Below are positions 31,866 to 50,760 of a stretch of DNA of 64,000 nt, piece by piece. Made by a program: the position numbers and the translations under genes. This stretch comes from the human T2T-CHM13v2.0 reference genome, Homo sapiens. How positions within the stretch are numbered: the stretch's first letter is position 1; the number at the start of each line of letters is the position of its first letter. Location of the stretch: the NCBI RefSeq assembly GCF_009914755.1, contig NC_060932.1; one strand, 5' to 3'. The notes under the pieces are model-generated. The model searched no databases, was not told the origin of the DNA, and worked only from the letters and a program-made list of their open reading frames with translations.

Positions 31866-33827
31866 CATGGGATGCAGAATGGATGTTGTGTTATCAGGCA
31901 TGAAAGCAACAGTAATTTCCTTGTATGTACGTCTCCCTCAGAGCTCTTGAGTGGTTAGGCGCATTATCAATGAGCAATGGTATTTTGAAAGGAATCTTTT
32001 TTCCAAGCAGTAGATCTCAATAATGGGCTTAAAATATTCAGTAAACCATGGTGTAAACAGAGGCACTGTCATCTTGTTCCATTTCTAGAGCACAGGCAAA
32101 GTTGATATATCATTTGAAGGGCCTTAAGATTTTCAGAATGAGAAATGGGCAATGGGTTTAACTTAAAGTCACCAGCAGCATTAGTCCCTAAGGAGAGTCA
32201 GCCTGTCCTTTGAAATATTAAAGTTAGGCATTGACTTCTCTCTGGCTATGAAAGTTCTCTATGACATCTTCTTCTAATATGAGGCTGTTTCATCTACAAT
32301 GAAAATCTGTTGTTGGCTGGATACAGTGGCTCACACCTGTAATCCCAGCCCTTTGGAAGGCCAAGGCAGTTGGATCACTTGAGGTCAGGAGTTTGAGACA
32401 CCAGCCTGGCCAACATGGCGAAACCCCATCTCTACTAAAAATACAAAAATTAGCTGGGCATTGTGGCACACATCTGTAATCCCAGCTACTCAGGAGGCTG
32501 AGGCACGAGAATCAATCACTTGAGCCTGGGAGGTGGAGGCTGCAGTGAGCTGAGGTCACACCACTGCCCTTCAACCTGGGTGACACGGCGAGACTCTGTC
32601 TCACAAAAAAACAAAATCAGTTGTTTAGTGTAACCACCTTCATTTGTGATTGTAGCTAGATCTTCTCAATAACTTGTAGCTTTTACTTCAGCACTTGCTG
32701 CTTCACCTTGCACTTCTATGTCACAGAGATGGCTTCTTTTCTTAAACCTCATGAACCAACAACCTCTGCTAGCTTCCAACTTTTCTTTTGCAATTTTCTT
32801 ACCTCTGTCAGCCTTCTTAGACTTGCTCTGGATTAGGCTGTGGCTTAAAGGAATGTTGTGGCTGGTTTGATTTTTTTTTTCTATCCAAGTCAAACTTTCT
32901 CCATATGAGCAATAGGCTCTTTTACTTTCTTATCATTTATGTGTTCAGTGGATTAGAACTTTTAATTTCCTTTGAGAACTTTTCCTTTGTATTAACAACT
33001 TGGCTGTTAGACACAAGAGGCCTATGTTTCAGCCTATCATGGCATTTGACATCCTTTCCTCACTAAGCTTAATCATTTCTAGCTTTTGATTTAAAGTGAA
33101 TGACTTGCAACTCTTCCTTTCACTGAAACACTTGGAGGGCATGTAGAGTTACTCATTGGCCTAATTTCAATCTTGTTGTGTTTCAGGAGATAAGGAGGCC
33201 TGAAGAGAGGGAGTAAGGGGAAGGGCTGGTCAGTGGAGCAGTTAGAACACACACAATATTTATGGAATAAGTTTGTGTCTTATGGGCATGATTTGTGGTA
33301 CTCCAGAACCTTTACAATAGTAACATCAGAGATTATTGATCACAGACCACCATACAGATATAATAATAATGAAAAAGTTTGAAATATTGCAAGAATTATC
33401 AAAATGTGACAGGTACAGGTACTGTTAGAAAAATGAGCCAGACGCGGTGGCTCATGCCTGTAATCCCAGCACTTTGGGAGGCTGAGGCGGGCAGATCACG
33501 AGGTCAGGAGATCGAGACCATCCTGGCTAACATGGTGAAACCCCGTCTCTACTAAAAAAATACAAAAAAAATTAGCCAGCCTTGGTGGTGGGCGCCTGTA
33601 GTCCCAGCTATGCGGGAGGCTGAGGCAGAAGAATGGCATGAACCTGGGAGGCGGAGCTTGCAGTGAGTGGAGATGCACCATTGCACTCCAGCCTGGGCGA
33701 CAGAGCGTGACTCTGTCTCAAAAAAAAAAAAAGGTGCCGTTAGACTTGGCTCAAGCTGGGCTGCGGTAAACTTTCAATTTGTAAAAAACATGCAATCTGC
33801 AAAGCACAATAAAATGAGGTATGTCTG
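31866..33827 (-). mobile_element. Tigger1 fragment (5' TIR plus transposase remnant) interrupted by two Alus (32314-32615 and 33436-33732)
   Basis: TIR-like GCAAAGCACAATAAAATGAGGTATGTCTG ends at 33827. Minus-strand ORF 32666-32893 ([17 protein letters not shown]...[26 protein letters not shown]) is Tigger/CENP-B-like transposase. Confidence 0.9.
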
Positions 33828-34942
33828 CACCTATCCTTCGTGGTACTCATTAAAATTTTAATTAGTTACTTACATAACTTTTTGTTTAATTGTGTCTTCT
33901 CAGATTAAAACCTTCATGGGGGCAGAGACTGGCTATCTGAAGTCATCACCTCCTAACACAGGCTGGCAGTAGATGTTCAGTAAATATTGAATGGCTTGTG
34001 TTTAAATTCTATATAAATTTTGTGCTCTCTTAAAATCCTGTTAAATTCTATTATGACTGTGTATGGTCCAGATAATCTCTGGTGTAGCATAAGATTATGT
34101 TAGAATTGAGGGAGGAAATTGGGTAAAAATATATTCGTCTTATATGCTTAATTGCTACAGAATTGCTTTTCAGTTTGCTAGTTATTTAAGTTTTTTATAT
34201 ATACACCAACCAAGCCCTGGGTTAGGTATAATGGTAGTAGTGGCACCTTCAGGTCTTAGGTTAGACATTATTTCCTCAGAGAAGCCTTCCCTGACACCTC
34301 CTCTGTGCAGAAGATACTTAAACACACAGATTTCTTGTTATATGCTTCCAAAGCATTCTGTACTTGTCTTTTTAAAGTTTTCACAACATTTTTACTTCAG
34401 TAGTTCAATCGCTTGTCTCATTGCTACATGGTAAAAAGCTCACTGTGGTCCAGGAGTATGGCTTACTTGGTATTGTATGTAATCACTGCCTGACTCAACA
34501 TCTGGGTGGGCATTCAAGTTTGGGGAGGTTAATATTAATAGGTTTTAAACTTTGTAAGCTAAACAGACTCACTTAACTGAAACCTAGATAGAAATAATAT
34601 AAAATATTTTCTATTATATGAAATGTTTCTAGGTATAAGTTTCCAACCAATGATTTTACACATTTTACAATTTGTATCTAAATCTTTTTTGTTAATGTAG
34701 ACTGCTACTTGTGAAAGAATTTTCAACAATTTTTATTCTACATGTGAAAGTTATATTTTGTAAGAAATGTCTTCATTGCTATTCTTTTTTTTTGTTCTGA
34801 ATTTTAATCAGATCTTAAATGTACAACTCTAAATTTATGATAATTTTTACAATATGTTTGTAGCCTATTACTCAACAAACCACACAGTGGCACTACTGGA
34901 TCAAGTTTGATTTTAATAAAATTTACTTTTTTTCTTTTTTAG

Positions 34943-35038
34943 CTATTATTCATGGACTATCCAGTCTAACAGCTTGCCAGTTGAGAACGATATACATATG
35001 TCAGTTTTTGACAAGAATTGCAGCAGGAAAAACCCTTG
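34943..35038 (+). CDS. TERF1: TERF1 exon 2 (TRFH domain)
   Basis: Acceptor ttttag|CT; encodes (A)IIHGLSSLTACQLRTIYICQFLTRIAAGKTL; donor G|GTAAAT; 96 nt. Confidence 0.97.
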
Positions 35039-36465
35039 GTAAATATGTTTTTTTATTTTATATTGGAAATATTTCAATCTGTTTCTAATGTAAGACAATG
35101 GGAAGAAACAGACGTTTTTGGGGGAAGTTTGCCTACAAGTGTCTGGTGCATAGGGGTGTGGGGGGGTGGTGTGTGTGTGTGTGTACACATACAGTCATAT
35201 CTAAAGCAAGTAAAAGAAATGTAGTCCCTGTCATCTTAGAACATTGGTTCTCAAACTTTAGCCTGCTCCAGAATTACTTAAAGGGCTTATTAAAAAAAAA
35301 AAACATAGTGCTGAGTCTCCCTAACTCTCATGAGTTTCAGATTCAGTAGGATGGGTATGGGGCTCTGAAATATACATTTCTAATAAATTCCCAGGTGATT
35401 CTGATGCTACTCTTGGGGAAGTGTGTTTCATTGACTCTATTTGCTAACTTTGTGGTGACTCCAATCATACACACTCTGTTTTTACTGGCAACTATTATAT
35501 TTGAAACCTTTTATTTGAACTTGATGCCAGCGCTTACGTAAGAAGTACAGTTTATAGCTGTAATCTCTCTCCCTTGTCTCTGTAGTTCCATTTTAGATTG
35601 TAATGGGCAAGGCTGATTCAGTTTATCAGTAATGGCTGGTATTTACAACATGGTCATTTTAAAAGGCTATTTGATGGAAATAATTTTGTATTTAGATTGG
35701 TTTTTATAATTTACAAAATACTTTTCCAACAATCCTGAGTAGTGGGCAGTACTTACATAAAACTGCTTGCTTATTGAAGTGTTGTCTTACATAAAATCCC
35801 AGTGTATTAGCACCACTGTCAAGGCCTTCACTAAAGTATCTCTGGCTGATGTAGTCTGCTTTGTTTGGGGGGTGAGGGTAGGTCTGGAGTTGGTGCCAGG
35901 ACCATAAATGGATAGAACTAGATAGAGGCAGAATAGTTGTGAAAGAGACAGAGCCATAGGTAGGCCTGGGCCAGTTGCTGGAGAAGTAGCAGGCTGGAGC
36001 AGAATTCCAGACCATGCAGACTATAAGTTGACACTGTTGTTAACAGGGTTGTTTTCTACATTAAGGTGGAAAAGTATTCTAAAGTGCCTGGCAGTGCTTT
36101 ACACATAGCAGTTGTTCAGCACATCTTAGTTGCTTCCTGGATAACCTTTTCTCCAAAAAAGGCAGGGGGGAATCCAGATTTTATGTGTGATCTCATGGTT
36201 TAATCTTGGAATTTACCAGGATACTCTTTTGGATATATCCTAGATATAATAGGCCAGGGTCAGCTGTCAAGAATCAATGTATTTCACCATAATGCACTAA
36301 ACTGAGGCAGCATTTAAAATTTTATGTATTGGATTTTTGGCTATACATAACCCTTTTGCTTTTTTTTTTTTTTTTTTAATTTTGCTCTATAGTGGCACTG
36401 CCTAATAGAGATATGTGAGCCACATGTCTAATTTAAAATTTTCTAATAGCTATGTTAAGAAAAGT

Positions 36466-39755
<3,290 letters not shown>

Positions 39756-39993
39756 TTCTCTTTATTATGCTTATTTGTTGCATACTTGCTATGGAACTAC
39801 AACTGTGCTAGGAATTACAGGGATTTAGAAAAATACACTTAAGTGGCTTCTGCCCCCCAAAATTTGAAATATGCATTATAGAGTAAGAAGTTTTTTGTCT
39901 TCAAGACACTGTAAAAGCTAATAGGGTTGTTGAGGTAAGTATAAAGTACTGCAAGGCATTAAAAAATGAATAATGATACAAGAGTTTCTTTTT

Positions 39994-40095
39994 AATTAAT
40001 GCAGTGCTCATGAATTTTTGTGTCATCCTTCTCGAGGGGCCATGCTAATCTCTGCATTCTTCCAATTTTTATATATTTGCTGCCAAAGCAAGCAC
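39994..40095 (-). pseudogene. U6 snRNA processed pseudogene, antisense, in TERF1 intron 2
   Basis: Reverse complement reads GTGCTTGCTTTGGCAGCAAATATAT...ATTAGCATGGCCCCT...AAGGATGACAC..., which is U6-like over the full length. Flanked by ATACAAGAGTTT and ATACAGGAGATTT (TSD-like). Confidence 0.92.
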
Positions 40096-40329
40096 ATACA
40101 GGAGATTTAGAGAAAGGACATTTCCTAGTCTCTTAGCTGCTGGGGTAAGGACAGCATTCAAGAAAGAGGTGCTGTTTGCACTATGCCTGTAAGAATTGCT
40201 AGATTTTGTCAGAAAGAAAGTATAAAAATGGTAGTCTATCCACATCCTCAGATGTGGTGTGGGGGTGGGGGGAAGGTAGTCTAGATAAAATGAAAACATT
40301 AGCATTATTTTGAAAATAAACTATAGTTT

Positions 40330-41150
40330 ACCTGGATAATAGACTCTTGATTTCCATATACAACTTCATAAACTTGGTCCTCACCCAGGCTTCCTATGAT
40401 AGTAAATGTTAGCACCATTTATCCAATTATTAAAACCCAAGAGTCCTCCATTTTTTCCTCATGCTCTACATGCAGTCCATTAGCAGGTTCTATTCTACAT
40501 TCAAAATAAGTTCCAAAACAGACAACTACTTGCCTTTTCCATCATCTTTCTAAGAGTATGCATCCAACTTGCCCACCGACCTTCCTCCTGCCCTTTGTAT
40601 TTGTTTTTTCAAGACAAGGTCACGCTGGAAGGCTGTGGTGTCATCATCGCTCACTGAGCCTCAGACTCCTGGCTCAAGCAGTCCTCCCACCTCAGCCTCC
40701 CAAGTAGCTGAGACTACAGGCACACGCCCCCACCTGGCTCTTCCTGCCCTTTGAACATCAAACTCCTCCTCAGGACCTTTGCACTTGCCATTCCCTCTGG
40801 AATGTTTTTCTTCCAGATCTTTGTGTGACTGTTCCTTCTGCTTCACATTACGCTGTTCTCAGCTCCACTGTCACTTCTTCAGAGAGGTCTTTAACCTGTC
40901 TGAAAGAGCTTCCCTCTCCCCTACCATTCTTCATTTCCAGAACCTTTTTTCTTTCTTCTAGCCCTTACTACTCTGAAACTATATTGTTTACTACTCTGAA
41001 ACTGTATTGTTTACTACTCTGAAACTGTATTTATTTCTCATTAGCATGTGCGTATCATAAGAGCAGGATTTTGTCTTACTGAGCCATTCCAAGTTTTTAG
41101 GCGAGTGCCTATATATACTGAGTGATCAATAAATATTTATTGAATGAATT
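40330..41150 (+). mobile_element. L2 3' fragment
   Basis: CTCAGGACCTTTGCACTTGCCATTCCCTCTGGAATG... ending CAATAAATATTTATTGAATGAAT. Confidence 0.7.
40965..41031. repeat. 23-bp minisatellite, about 3 copies
   Basis: TTACTACTCTGAAACT(A/G)TATTGT repeated. Confidence 0.9.
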
Positions 41151-41730
41151 GTAGACTGTAGATGCTAGACATGTAAGACATTATCATGAAGGCTCTTGAA
41201 TGTCCGAATGGGTTGTTGCTGTGTAATTTGCTAATTAGTTATCAGCTGTTGTGAGTCTTTGTTCTGAATAACTTGATCACAACTCTTTTAGGAAAGCTTA
41301 ATAATAGTACAACTATTATCTCATTATATATTCACATAAATTCTGTGAGATAGTATTTATTCTCACCATTTTATAGGTGAGAAAACTGGCCTGTCTTGAG
41401 GTTTGTTATAATGCATTAGACTTAGGAACCACTTAAGAATTCTGTTGCTATGACATGTTATGTAAAATAGTTTACTTTCGTTCTTAAAATTCATGTTTTT
41501 GTAAAGAAAATCTTCAAATGTTTGTAATCTCATCAACCTTTTTCTATTTGAAATTGATCTTAATGAGCAAATTAACTTAGAAAATAAAATCACTTCTAAA
41601 CTGGTATAAACAAGAAGAGTACCTAGCACATAGTATACACTCAGTAAATATTTAAAGGAATGCATTATTAAAAACTGACAAAGTTCTACTTAGCTTTCTG
41701 AGTTACTTATTTTTGTTCTGTTTTTAAAAG

Positions 41731-41852
41731 ATGCACAGTTTGAAAATGATGAACGAATTACACCCTTGGAATCAGCCCTGATGATTTGGGGTTCAATTGA
41801 AAAGGAACATGACAAACTTCATGAAGAAATACAGAATTTAATTAAAATTCAG
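41731..41852 (+). CDS. TERF1: TERF1 exon 3 (TRFH domain)
   Basis: Acceptor tttaaaag|AT; encodes (D)AQFENDERITPLESALMIWGSIEKEHDKLHEEIQNLIKIQ; donor CAG|GTATGA; 122 nt. Confidence 0.97.
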
Positions 41853-43262
41853 GTATGAATAAATTACTTTTATGCTTATTATATTTCTAGAAAATAACAT
41901 TTAAAAGAAATTAAGAGGAACCTAGTAGAAGTTGAGCAGTAGTAAAATTTAATGTATTGTTTCTCTTCAGAAATTTGACCTTTGGTTTATAGTCTTAACA
42001 TGAGCACTGGGGGCTGGAACTTAATGTGCCATACTTAAGCATATGTTGCCTCTATGTTGTGGAAAATTTAAAAACCAGGGGTTTGTGCACTCTCAATTGA
42101 TGCTTAAAGATTATGTAAAAAGTAGATACTATTTTTAATTAATGGTAAATTTTAGATTTTTGTAATCAAGAATATATAAAATTTTAACCAAGTAGGGAGA
42201 ATTTTAGTAGACAGTAAGTAGCCCAAAACGTCATTCAAAGATACAATAGCTAGCAGTCAAAGCAAATACTAGGTACTTTCTTAGTTAAATAAACTTTTTC
42301 TCTTTTGAGAATTTTAAAAATTTCTTTTCAGGTTGGATAAAAGAAAATCCAAGTCATTCCCCACCTTCCCAAGAATTAGTGTGGTGATTGTCAAGTAGAA
42401 TTAGGACCTGAGGAAAAGAAAATAGGCAGAAAAACGACTGCTTCCTTTATGAATTCAACCCAGAGCAAAGAGATTTGTCATGTTATTGCAATCTTTTAGG
42501 CTGCTAGAGAAAGCAAGTCTTTCTTAATACACTACTGTAAAATCAAATGGGTGACAAAGTTTATAGCAAACATTTAATATATTCCTTACTATTTGCCAGG
42601 CACTGTTCTAAACTCTTTCACATAAAACTCTTACATCCTCATAACAATCCTATGAAATAGGTACTATTGTTTCCACCATTTTACATATAAGGTAACTGGG
42701 ACACCAAGAGGTTAAGTAGCTTACCAAGTTTACATAGCTACCCAAATGGTAAGTGGTCCTGTCTTACTTACCACGTTACCAAAAATGCCAATGCATGAAA
42801 AAAATGATCATTAAAAAACATCTAGCTTCTTAGGTGTGTATTAGATATTTTCCAGGGATCTGACTAGCAAATTTTATGTATCCTAATCATCACAAACATC
42901 ATCTACCTCCTCTCATTTCCCTTTTACTCAAAATTAATATTTAGGTGGGTCCTAAATGTGTGTGGTATGGCTTCTAATTTATTTATTAATACATACTTTT
43001 CATTTGGTCTAAATTAGAGATAGAATGCTGGGCATTTATGAATAAATGTGCATGGGACCAGTGCAAATTTTTCATGTCATTTCAAGCGACACTTATTTTG
43101 TCTTTGAAAAATAATTTTATATCTTTTATCAAATTAAAATTATTAAGCTACATAAAAATGTTCTCAACAGAGGATTTCAGACTTACCTGAGTTATCTTAA
43201 TAATTAAATAACTATTGGGTATTTATAAACGCAGTCTAAGGTTGGTATTTTTCATCTTTTAG

Positions 43263-43349
43263 GCTATAGCTGTTTGTATGGAAAATGGCAACTTTAAAGA
43301 AGCAGAAGAAGTCTTTGAAAGAATATTTGGTGATCCAAATTCTCATATG
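43263..43349 (+). CDS. TERF1: TERF1 exon 4 (TRFH domain)
   Basis: Acceptor ttttag|GCT; encodes AIAVCMENGNFKEAEEVFERIFGDPNSHM; donor ATG|GTAATT; 87 nt. Confidence 0.97.
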
Positions 43350-43507
43350 GTAATTATTTAAATTAAAACCATAGAATTTTAGAAGTGTTTATGTAGAGTG
43401 AGGAAAACTGAAAGAAAATTGGAGGAGAAAAGAAATGCTTTATCTTTTAAACAGTATAGAATAATACCGTGCAACAGAAAAACTACGCAAGTCACATATG
43501 TGATTTA

Positions 43508-44000
<493 letters not shown>

Positions 44001-44164
44001 TAGTATAGTATTTGCATATAACATATGTACATCCTCCTGTATAGTTTAAATCATCTCTAGATTATGTATAATAACTTACACAATGTAAATAGTTGTACTG
44101 TTTAGGAACAAAAAGATACAAAAAATCTGTATGTGTTCAGTACAGGTGTAATTTTTTCCCCCAT

Positions 44165-45680
44165 ACATTTTGTGGAACAAATATATGCATTTCTTTTGGG
44201 TTTATATGAAGAGTAGAACTGATTAGTCATAAGATGTGTACATACTCAGTTTTAGTAGATATTGCCAAACTGTTCTCCAAAGTAGTTATGTCAGTTCCTC
44301 CAGTAGTGTGAAAGAATTCTAGTTGCTCCACACACCTTGTATCTGGGTTTTCATTTTAGCCATTCAGGCAAATATGTAGTGCTATCCTGTTGGATTTTAA
44401 TTTGTTTCCCTGATGAATAATCAGATTGAGCACCTTCCCTTGATAATGTTAGTAGATAGAGTTGGAGAGTGACTACCTTAATCCAGTAAGGAACCTGGGC
44501 CTAGTAGAGAGTAGGTTGGGCAGTTTTGGCAAGGCTTTGTCTATCTCTAATTTAACCCTGTACCTGGGGTATAACCCTCCAGAAATTTCAGCCAATAGCC
44601 TGATATGTCTGTTGGGTTTTCTACCCTTAATATTTTCTCCATAGCACTATGAGACTACTGAAAATTCTACTCTGCTTATACCTCCCAGAAGAGGAAAACT
44701 TAATGGCCAGGAAATATTAAGAGGTTAAGATAAGTACTTGACCTCACTAGTATTAATGTTGCCTCATTAGGGCAATATTAAGTACTATATTGAAATACCA
44801 CTTTCCATGCCTCAGACTGGCATCAATTAAAATGTCTTAGAATATCAACAGTTGTCTCAACAAATTGAGAAATGATTGTACTGCCTGCCATAACTTCCTT
44901 TCAAGACTGTAAATTGGTACTTCTTTGGGAGATCATTTTAGCAAAATATTTTAAGCATGCATTCCAGCAATTCCACTTCTAGACAATACCTTAGAATAGC
45001 TGGTTTCACTTTTAACTGCATATTTTAAAAGCCATGAAGTTTAAAGGCAACAAAAAACCAAGGCCTTCCTGAGACAGTTGCTCTGGGATTGAGCCTAAGA
45101 ATTTTTTTAAAGTTCTACTTTTTTTATTGTGCAGCCAGCATTGAAAAAGCTACTGTCCAAGAAAAACACATACAATGCACAGAAGATAATGTAGAAAAAT
45201 GTTGAAGAGCGATACAATAATTGCAAGTAGCCTAAATCCCTCAATAGGCATGAAGAATGGATGAATAAGTGATGTTTTTGATCAGTGTAGTACTTTACAA
45301 TGGCAAAAATAACTACTTCTAGGAATATCAAATCAGCATGGATAAATGTTGTAAACATAGAGTTGAGTGAAATATAGCAAGTTTCAAAAGAATACGCATC
45401 GTACAACACTATTTGTAGAGTTAAAACCATGCTAAGCAATGCTACATATTTGTGGATACATACATATGTAGTGCAAGTAAAGGAATTCCTGGGAATGGTG
45501 AATTCTAAATTCAGGGTAATGGTTACAGTTAGGAGAGGAAAGGGAATACAATCAGATTATGGTAGTAAACAGGGATTTTAACCATATTGATTATGTTTTA
45601 TTTCTGAAACTGGGTAATGGATACTCTGGTTTATAATACATATCTTTTTGAATCTGTCTAAAATGTAAAATATTTTTTAA
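44165..45680. mobile_element. Old L1ME-type fragments in intron 4, both orientations
   Basis: GCATTTCTTTTGGG...TATTGCCAAACTGTTCTCCAAAGTAGTT (antisense) and CCAGCAATTCCACTTCTAG (sense) L1 3' motifs. Confidence 0.55.
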
Positions 45681-45868
45681 AATGAGGAGAGGCCAGAAGA
45701 AGTCAGAAAAAGGTACATTGGCATGCCATTTAAAACTTAATTTTAAAAATATCTGTGTCTCTTGAGTTTGTAAAGTGATTTCTTTTCAATTAAATAATAT
45801 GTGACAAAAATCGTTGTATCTGTAACTTTGTGTGATTTATGTTAATATATTTCTTCTGTTTTCTTTAG

Positions 45869-46018
45869 CCTTTCAAAAGCAAATTGCTTATGATAATCTC
45901 TCAGAAAGATACATTTCATTCCTTTTTTCAACACTTCAGCTACAACCACATGATGGAGAAAATTAAGAGTTATGTGAATTATGTGCTAAGTGAAAAATCA
46001 TCAACCTTTCTAATGAAG
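45869..46018 (+). CDS. TERF1: TERF1 exon 5 (TRFH domain)
   Basis: Acceptor ctttag|CCT; encodes PFKSKLLMIISQKDTFHSFFQHFSYNHMMEKIKSYVNYVLSEKSSTFLMK; donor AAG|GTATAC; 150 nt. Confidence 0.97.
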
Positions 46019-46391
46019 GTATACATATTATTCAAGAGTGACTAATAATAGACTTAAAGGAAACGTTATAATAAAGGAGAATACTTGAAATAGAAATCCT
46101 TTAAAATTAATCAGAATTTTTCATTGTGGTTTTGTAGAAAGGTGTGGTAAAATGTTACATTTTGTGGACCTAATTAAAAGATTTATGAGTGATATGTACT
46201 TTTGTAACTTTTCAAAATTAGTTTGGGGAAATTTTCAAAAGAAAAAGTTGAAGGGAAAACTTAGAATGAATTAAAAATAAGAAATAGGCAAAAGCAAATA
46301 TTTTAATTTAAGTAAATTTTAAAGACTTTTTAAACATATTTTTGGGGAAAAATAGAATTGTATTAAAGAAGGGCCTTTTAAAATTTTTCTA

Positions 46392-47570
<1,179 letters not shown>

Positions 47571-47986
47571 CTAATAACATTTTATTTTCTGTCTTGGCCT
47601 CCAAATTTTTAAGTTGACAGTGTTATAGTGGAGCATCTTGATTGATTTGAGATAGTTTTTATTTGAAAATATCTAGAATTTTTATTTTTTTTTTTTTTCA
47701 TGCAGCCTTTTCTCTTAAAATTGCCTAGAGAGCATTTTGTCTATCAAATATATTTACAAGGAAAGACCACCTTCGTAACGCTGATAAACCAAGCAGATAG
47801 CTAATGTAGCTGCTGGCAGTGTCATAATTATTGGTGAAAATAACAACACAGTGCCCTTCATTGGCCTGTGAACAGATACATTAGCTATGACTATCAAAGA
47901 ATTACAAGGCTTAATTTAATGCTATTTGTTTAAAATGGCTTAATGCATTTCTTCCTATCCTTCTACCTCCACGCACGTTTTTTAAG

Positions 47987-48099
47987 GCAGCGGCAAAAGT
48001 AGTAGAAAGCAAAAGGACAAGAACAATAACTTCTCAAGATAAACCTAGTGGTAATGATGTTGAAATGGAAACTGAAGCTAATTTGGATACAAGAAAAAG
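47987..48099 (+). CDS. TERF1: TERF1 exon 6 (end of TRFH domain, start of linker)
   Basis: Acceptor tttaag|GCA; encodes AAAKVVESKRTRTITSQDKPSGNDVEMETEANLDTRK; donor AG|GTTTGT; 113 nt. Confidence 0.96.
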
Positions 48100-50287
48100 G
48101 TTTGTAATTTAATCAATTTGTATATTTTTTGTTTTATGAATGTTCTGTCTTTATGTAAAATTGATATGTCTTTTTATTAAAAATAATTATTGAGTAGCAT
48201 GTTATCTTGCTGATGATTAACATTTAGGTATTTGAAGTACTGTAGAGTTATTTCATGACTTGTGCAAATTATATATGCTAAGCAAAAGTAGAGAATAAGA
48301 AAATATTACAGTTTAAATAATGTGGATAGTTTACCATTCTTGGGGTATGCTTAGGAACAAGGGTGAGGTTGGACTCCTGTGCCCCTTAGTTGTGTTTAGA
48401 TTCTACATGTTCTCATTATGTGATTCATGTTTCACTGTACTAAGAGTCTAGTATTTTAAGATATTATTCATATATCTTCTCTAAGCATAAGCTCACTGCT
48501 TCATCTGGTGCTCAACTGAAGAAATAGTGATTTGCTTTAATACTGGAGGAAAACAAGTTGTGTCAGTCCTATATATTGAGAGATAGTTGTTAAGTCTCCA
48601 AAATTATTTTTTCTTTAGGGATTTTCAGGGGTGATTGTTGTCTTTTGTTTTAGAAGCTTAAGTATCTTCCCCTATTGAGAAAGATATAACTCTTAACATT
48701 ATAAAGATCTTCTTTTCTGTTGAACCCATGGTCTGTTTTCTCTGTTCTTCTACCCTTAAACCAAGGCCAGATAATCAAATCTCTGTGGTCTCTGGATGGG
48801 TATATTTGGAAATGGATGTAATATTACTTTCTTCTTGGGACCATGACCTAAGTGTTGCAGGGACCCCATCTTAACTACTTATTTAGAGGTGGAGATTGGG
48901 GTTCAAGTTGGATCTACACTGCATTTGTCACATCTTAGGACTGAGGTTCTGTCATCTTATAGTGGCCCCTCCTATTGTTCCTGCCTGTCAAAGCATGACT
49001 TGTTCCTCAGGGGTTCATCTCTCCAAAGGCTGTACTAAAGTCTTATTTCACATTGATGTACTTTTTTCTAAACTCCAATTTAAGAAGTAGAGATTCCATT
49101 TTTATTGGCCCAATTACTTCCTTTTGTTTCAAAAATCAAAGTTGAATGATACTAATACCCAGTACATTCTTGTGGCCAAGCCATCCTGCTCATGATAATA
49201 TTGCTAATACCATGGTTCTTACAGATAATCATGAGCACACTTCCTATGGACTCTCCTTATATAGTGCTACCCACTTATTTCAGATGCTCTCCTAGACACA
49301 AACACAGTGCAATCCATGTGTACCAAACAGAACTCTTCATGTTCTCATTTGCCTCTCTACACCCTGCCTCTCTTTAACCTCACACATCCAGCTGCTCTCC
49401 AAGTATTAGGAACCGCACCTCAGAAATGCTTCTCCAATCTATTTTTATCTATATAGCTTTGTACCATTCAAATCCATCCTTGACATAACTTCTAGAGTTA
49501 GCTTCCACAAAAATAAATCTCTTTAGATCACTCCCAGCTTAAAAACCTTTTGGCTCCTATTTCCTACTAGATGAGTCAGAATTTATTGGCATGGCTTATA
49601 AAGCCTTACGTAGACCCATTTTTTTTTTTTTTTTTTTTTTTTACATACAGTCTTATCCCTAAGCATGAACTCCTCCCTGTCCACATACATGGTACTTTCT
49701 AGCAGCACAGAAGCTTTGTTCCTTCTATTTGAATTCCTATCATTTTATTCTCTCCAAGGCAAGCTCTTCCTTGCCATTCAGTCTATCTCAGAGATCACCT
49801 ATATGAAGTCTTGCCCAGCTCTGTAATCAGAGTTGTTACTTCTGTGCTTTCATAGCATACATCTCTATAAAAGGACTTATCTTCGTTGGTAACTTATTTG
49901 TTTACCTGATTCTTTCAATAGATTGAGAATTATTTGAAGGTTCTTACTTAGCTTTGAAGCATCTTAATTAGCTTGGTATCCTTGTTGCCTCATTCATTAC
50001 CAGGCATACATTAGAACTTGCTGTACACTAGTTACAGGGAACAAAACTAAAACCAGAAACAGGGTAAAGATCAAGAATCGAGCAAATACCAAAACCATCG
50101 TGGAAGCAGAACCAGGGCAAATAAAGCATCAAACCACCAGTGTCATGACAGTTACCAGTAAGGATTCAAGTAAAGCAAGTATAGAATCAGAAGTGTGATT
50201 GTGAGGTCAGACAAATCCTAGAAAAATGGAAACCTCCATGTTATGAAGACTAGATGAAATAAATATTTTGCTCTGATAAAGCTTATA

Positions 50288-50760
50288 CAGTTGTTCCTTG
50301 GTGTTTGAAGGGGATTAGTCCTAGGACATCCATCCTTCATGAATACCAAAATCCATGGATGCTCAAGTGTCTTACAAAAATGGTGTAATAGCCAGGAACA
50401 GTGGCTCACACCTGTAATCCCAGCACTTTGAAAGGCTGAGGCAGGAGGATCACTTGAGCCCAGGAGTTTGAGACCAGCCTAGGCAACATGGCAGAACCTT
50501 GTCTTTACAAAAATTAACCAGTCTTGGTGGTGCATGCCTGTAGTGCCAACTACTTAAGAGGCTTAGGTGAGAGGATTGTTTGAGCCCGGCAGGTCTGCAG
50601 TAAGCTGTGTTTGTGCCACTGCACTCCGGTGACCCTCGGCGAGACCCTGTCAAAAAAAAAAAGGGGGTGTAATATTTGTATACAACCTACACACATCCTC
50701 CCATATACTTTAAATCATCTCTAGATTACTTAAAATATCTAACACAGTGTTGAAATAGTT
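50288..50760. mobile_element. MER2 fragment interrupted by an Alu (50390-50661)
   Basis: CAGTTGTTCCTTGGTG...ATACCAAAATCCATGGATGCTCAAGT...ATACTTTAAATCATCTCTAGATTACTT. Confidence 0.78.

Noticed and set aside
32666-32893. Transposase ORF as a domesticated TIGD-like gene
   Set aside because: Short, frameshifted and interrupted by Alus; a dead Tigger1.
40965-41031. Short direct repeats as a CRISPR-like array (also 37272-37332 and 29743-29796)
   Set aside because: Head-to-tail tandem repeats without unique spacers, in human DNA.
43181-43189. Perfect minus-strand donor CAGGTAAGT near exon 4
   Set aside because: A single 9-mer with no supporting antisense exon structure.
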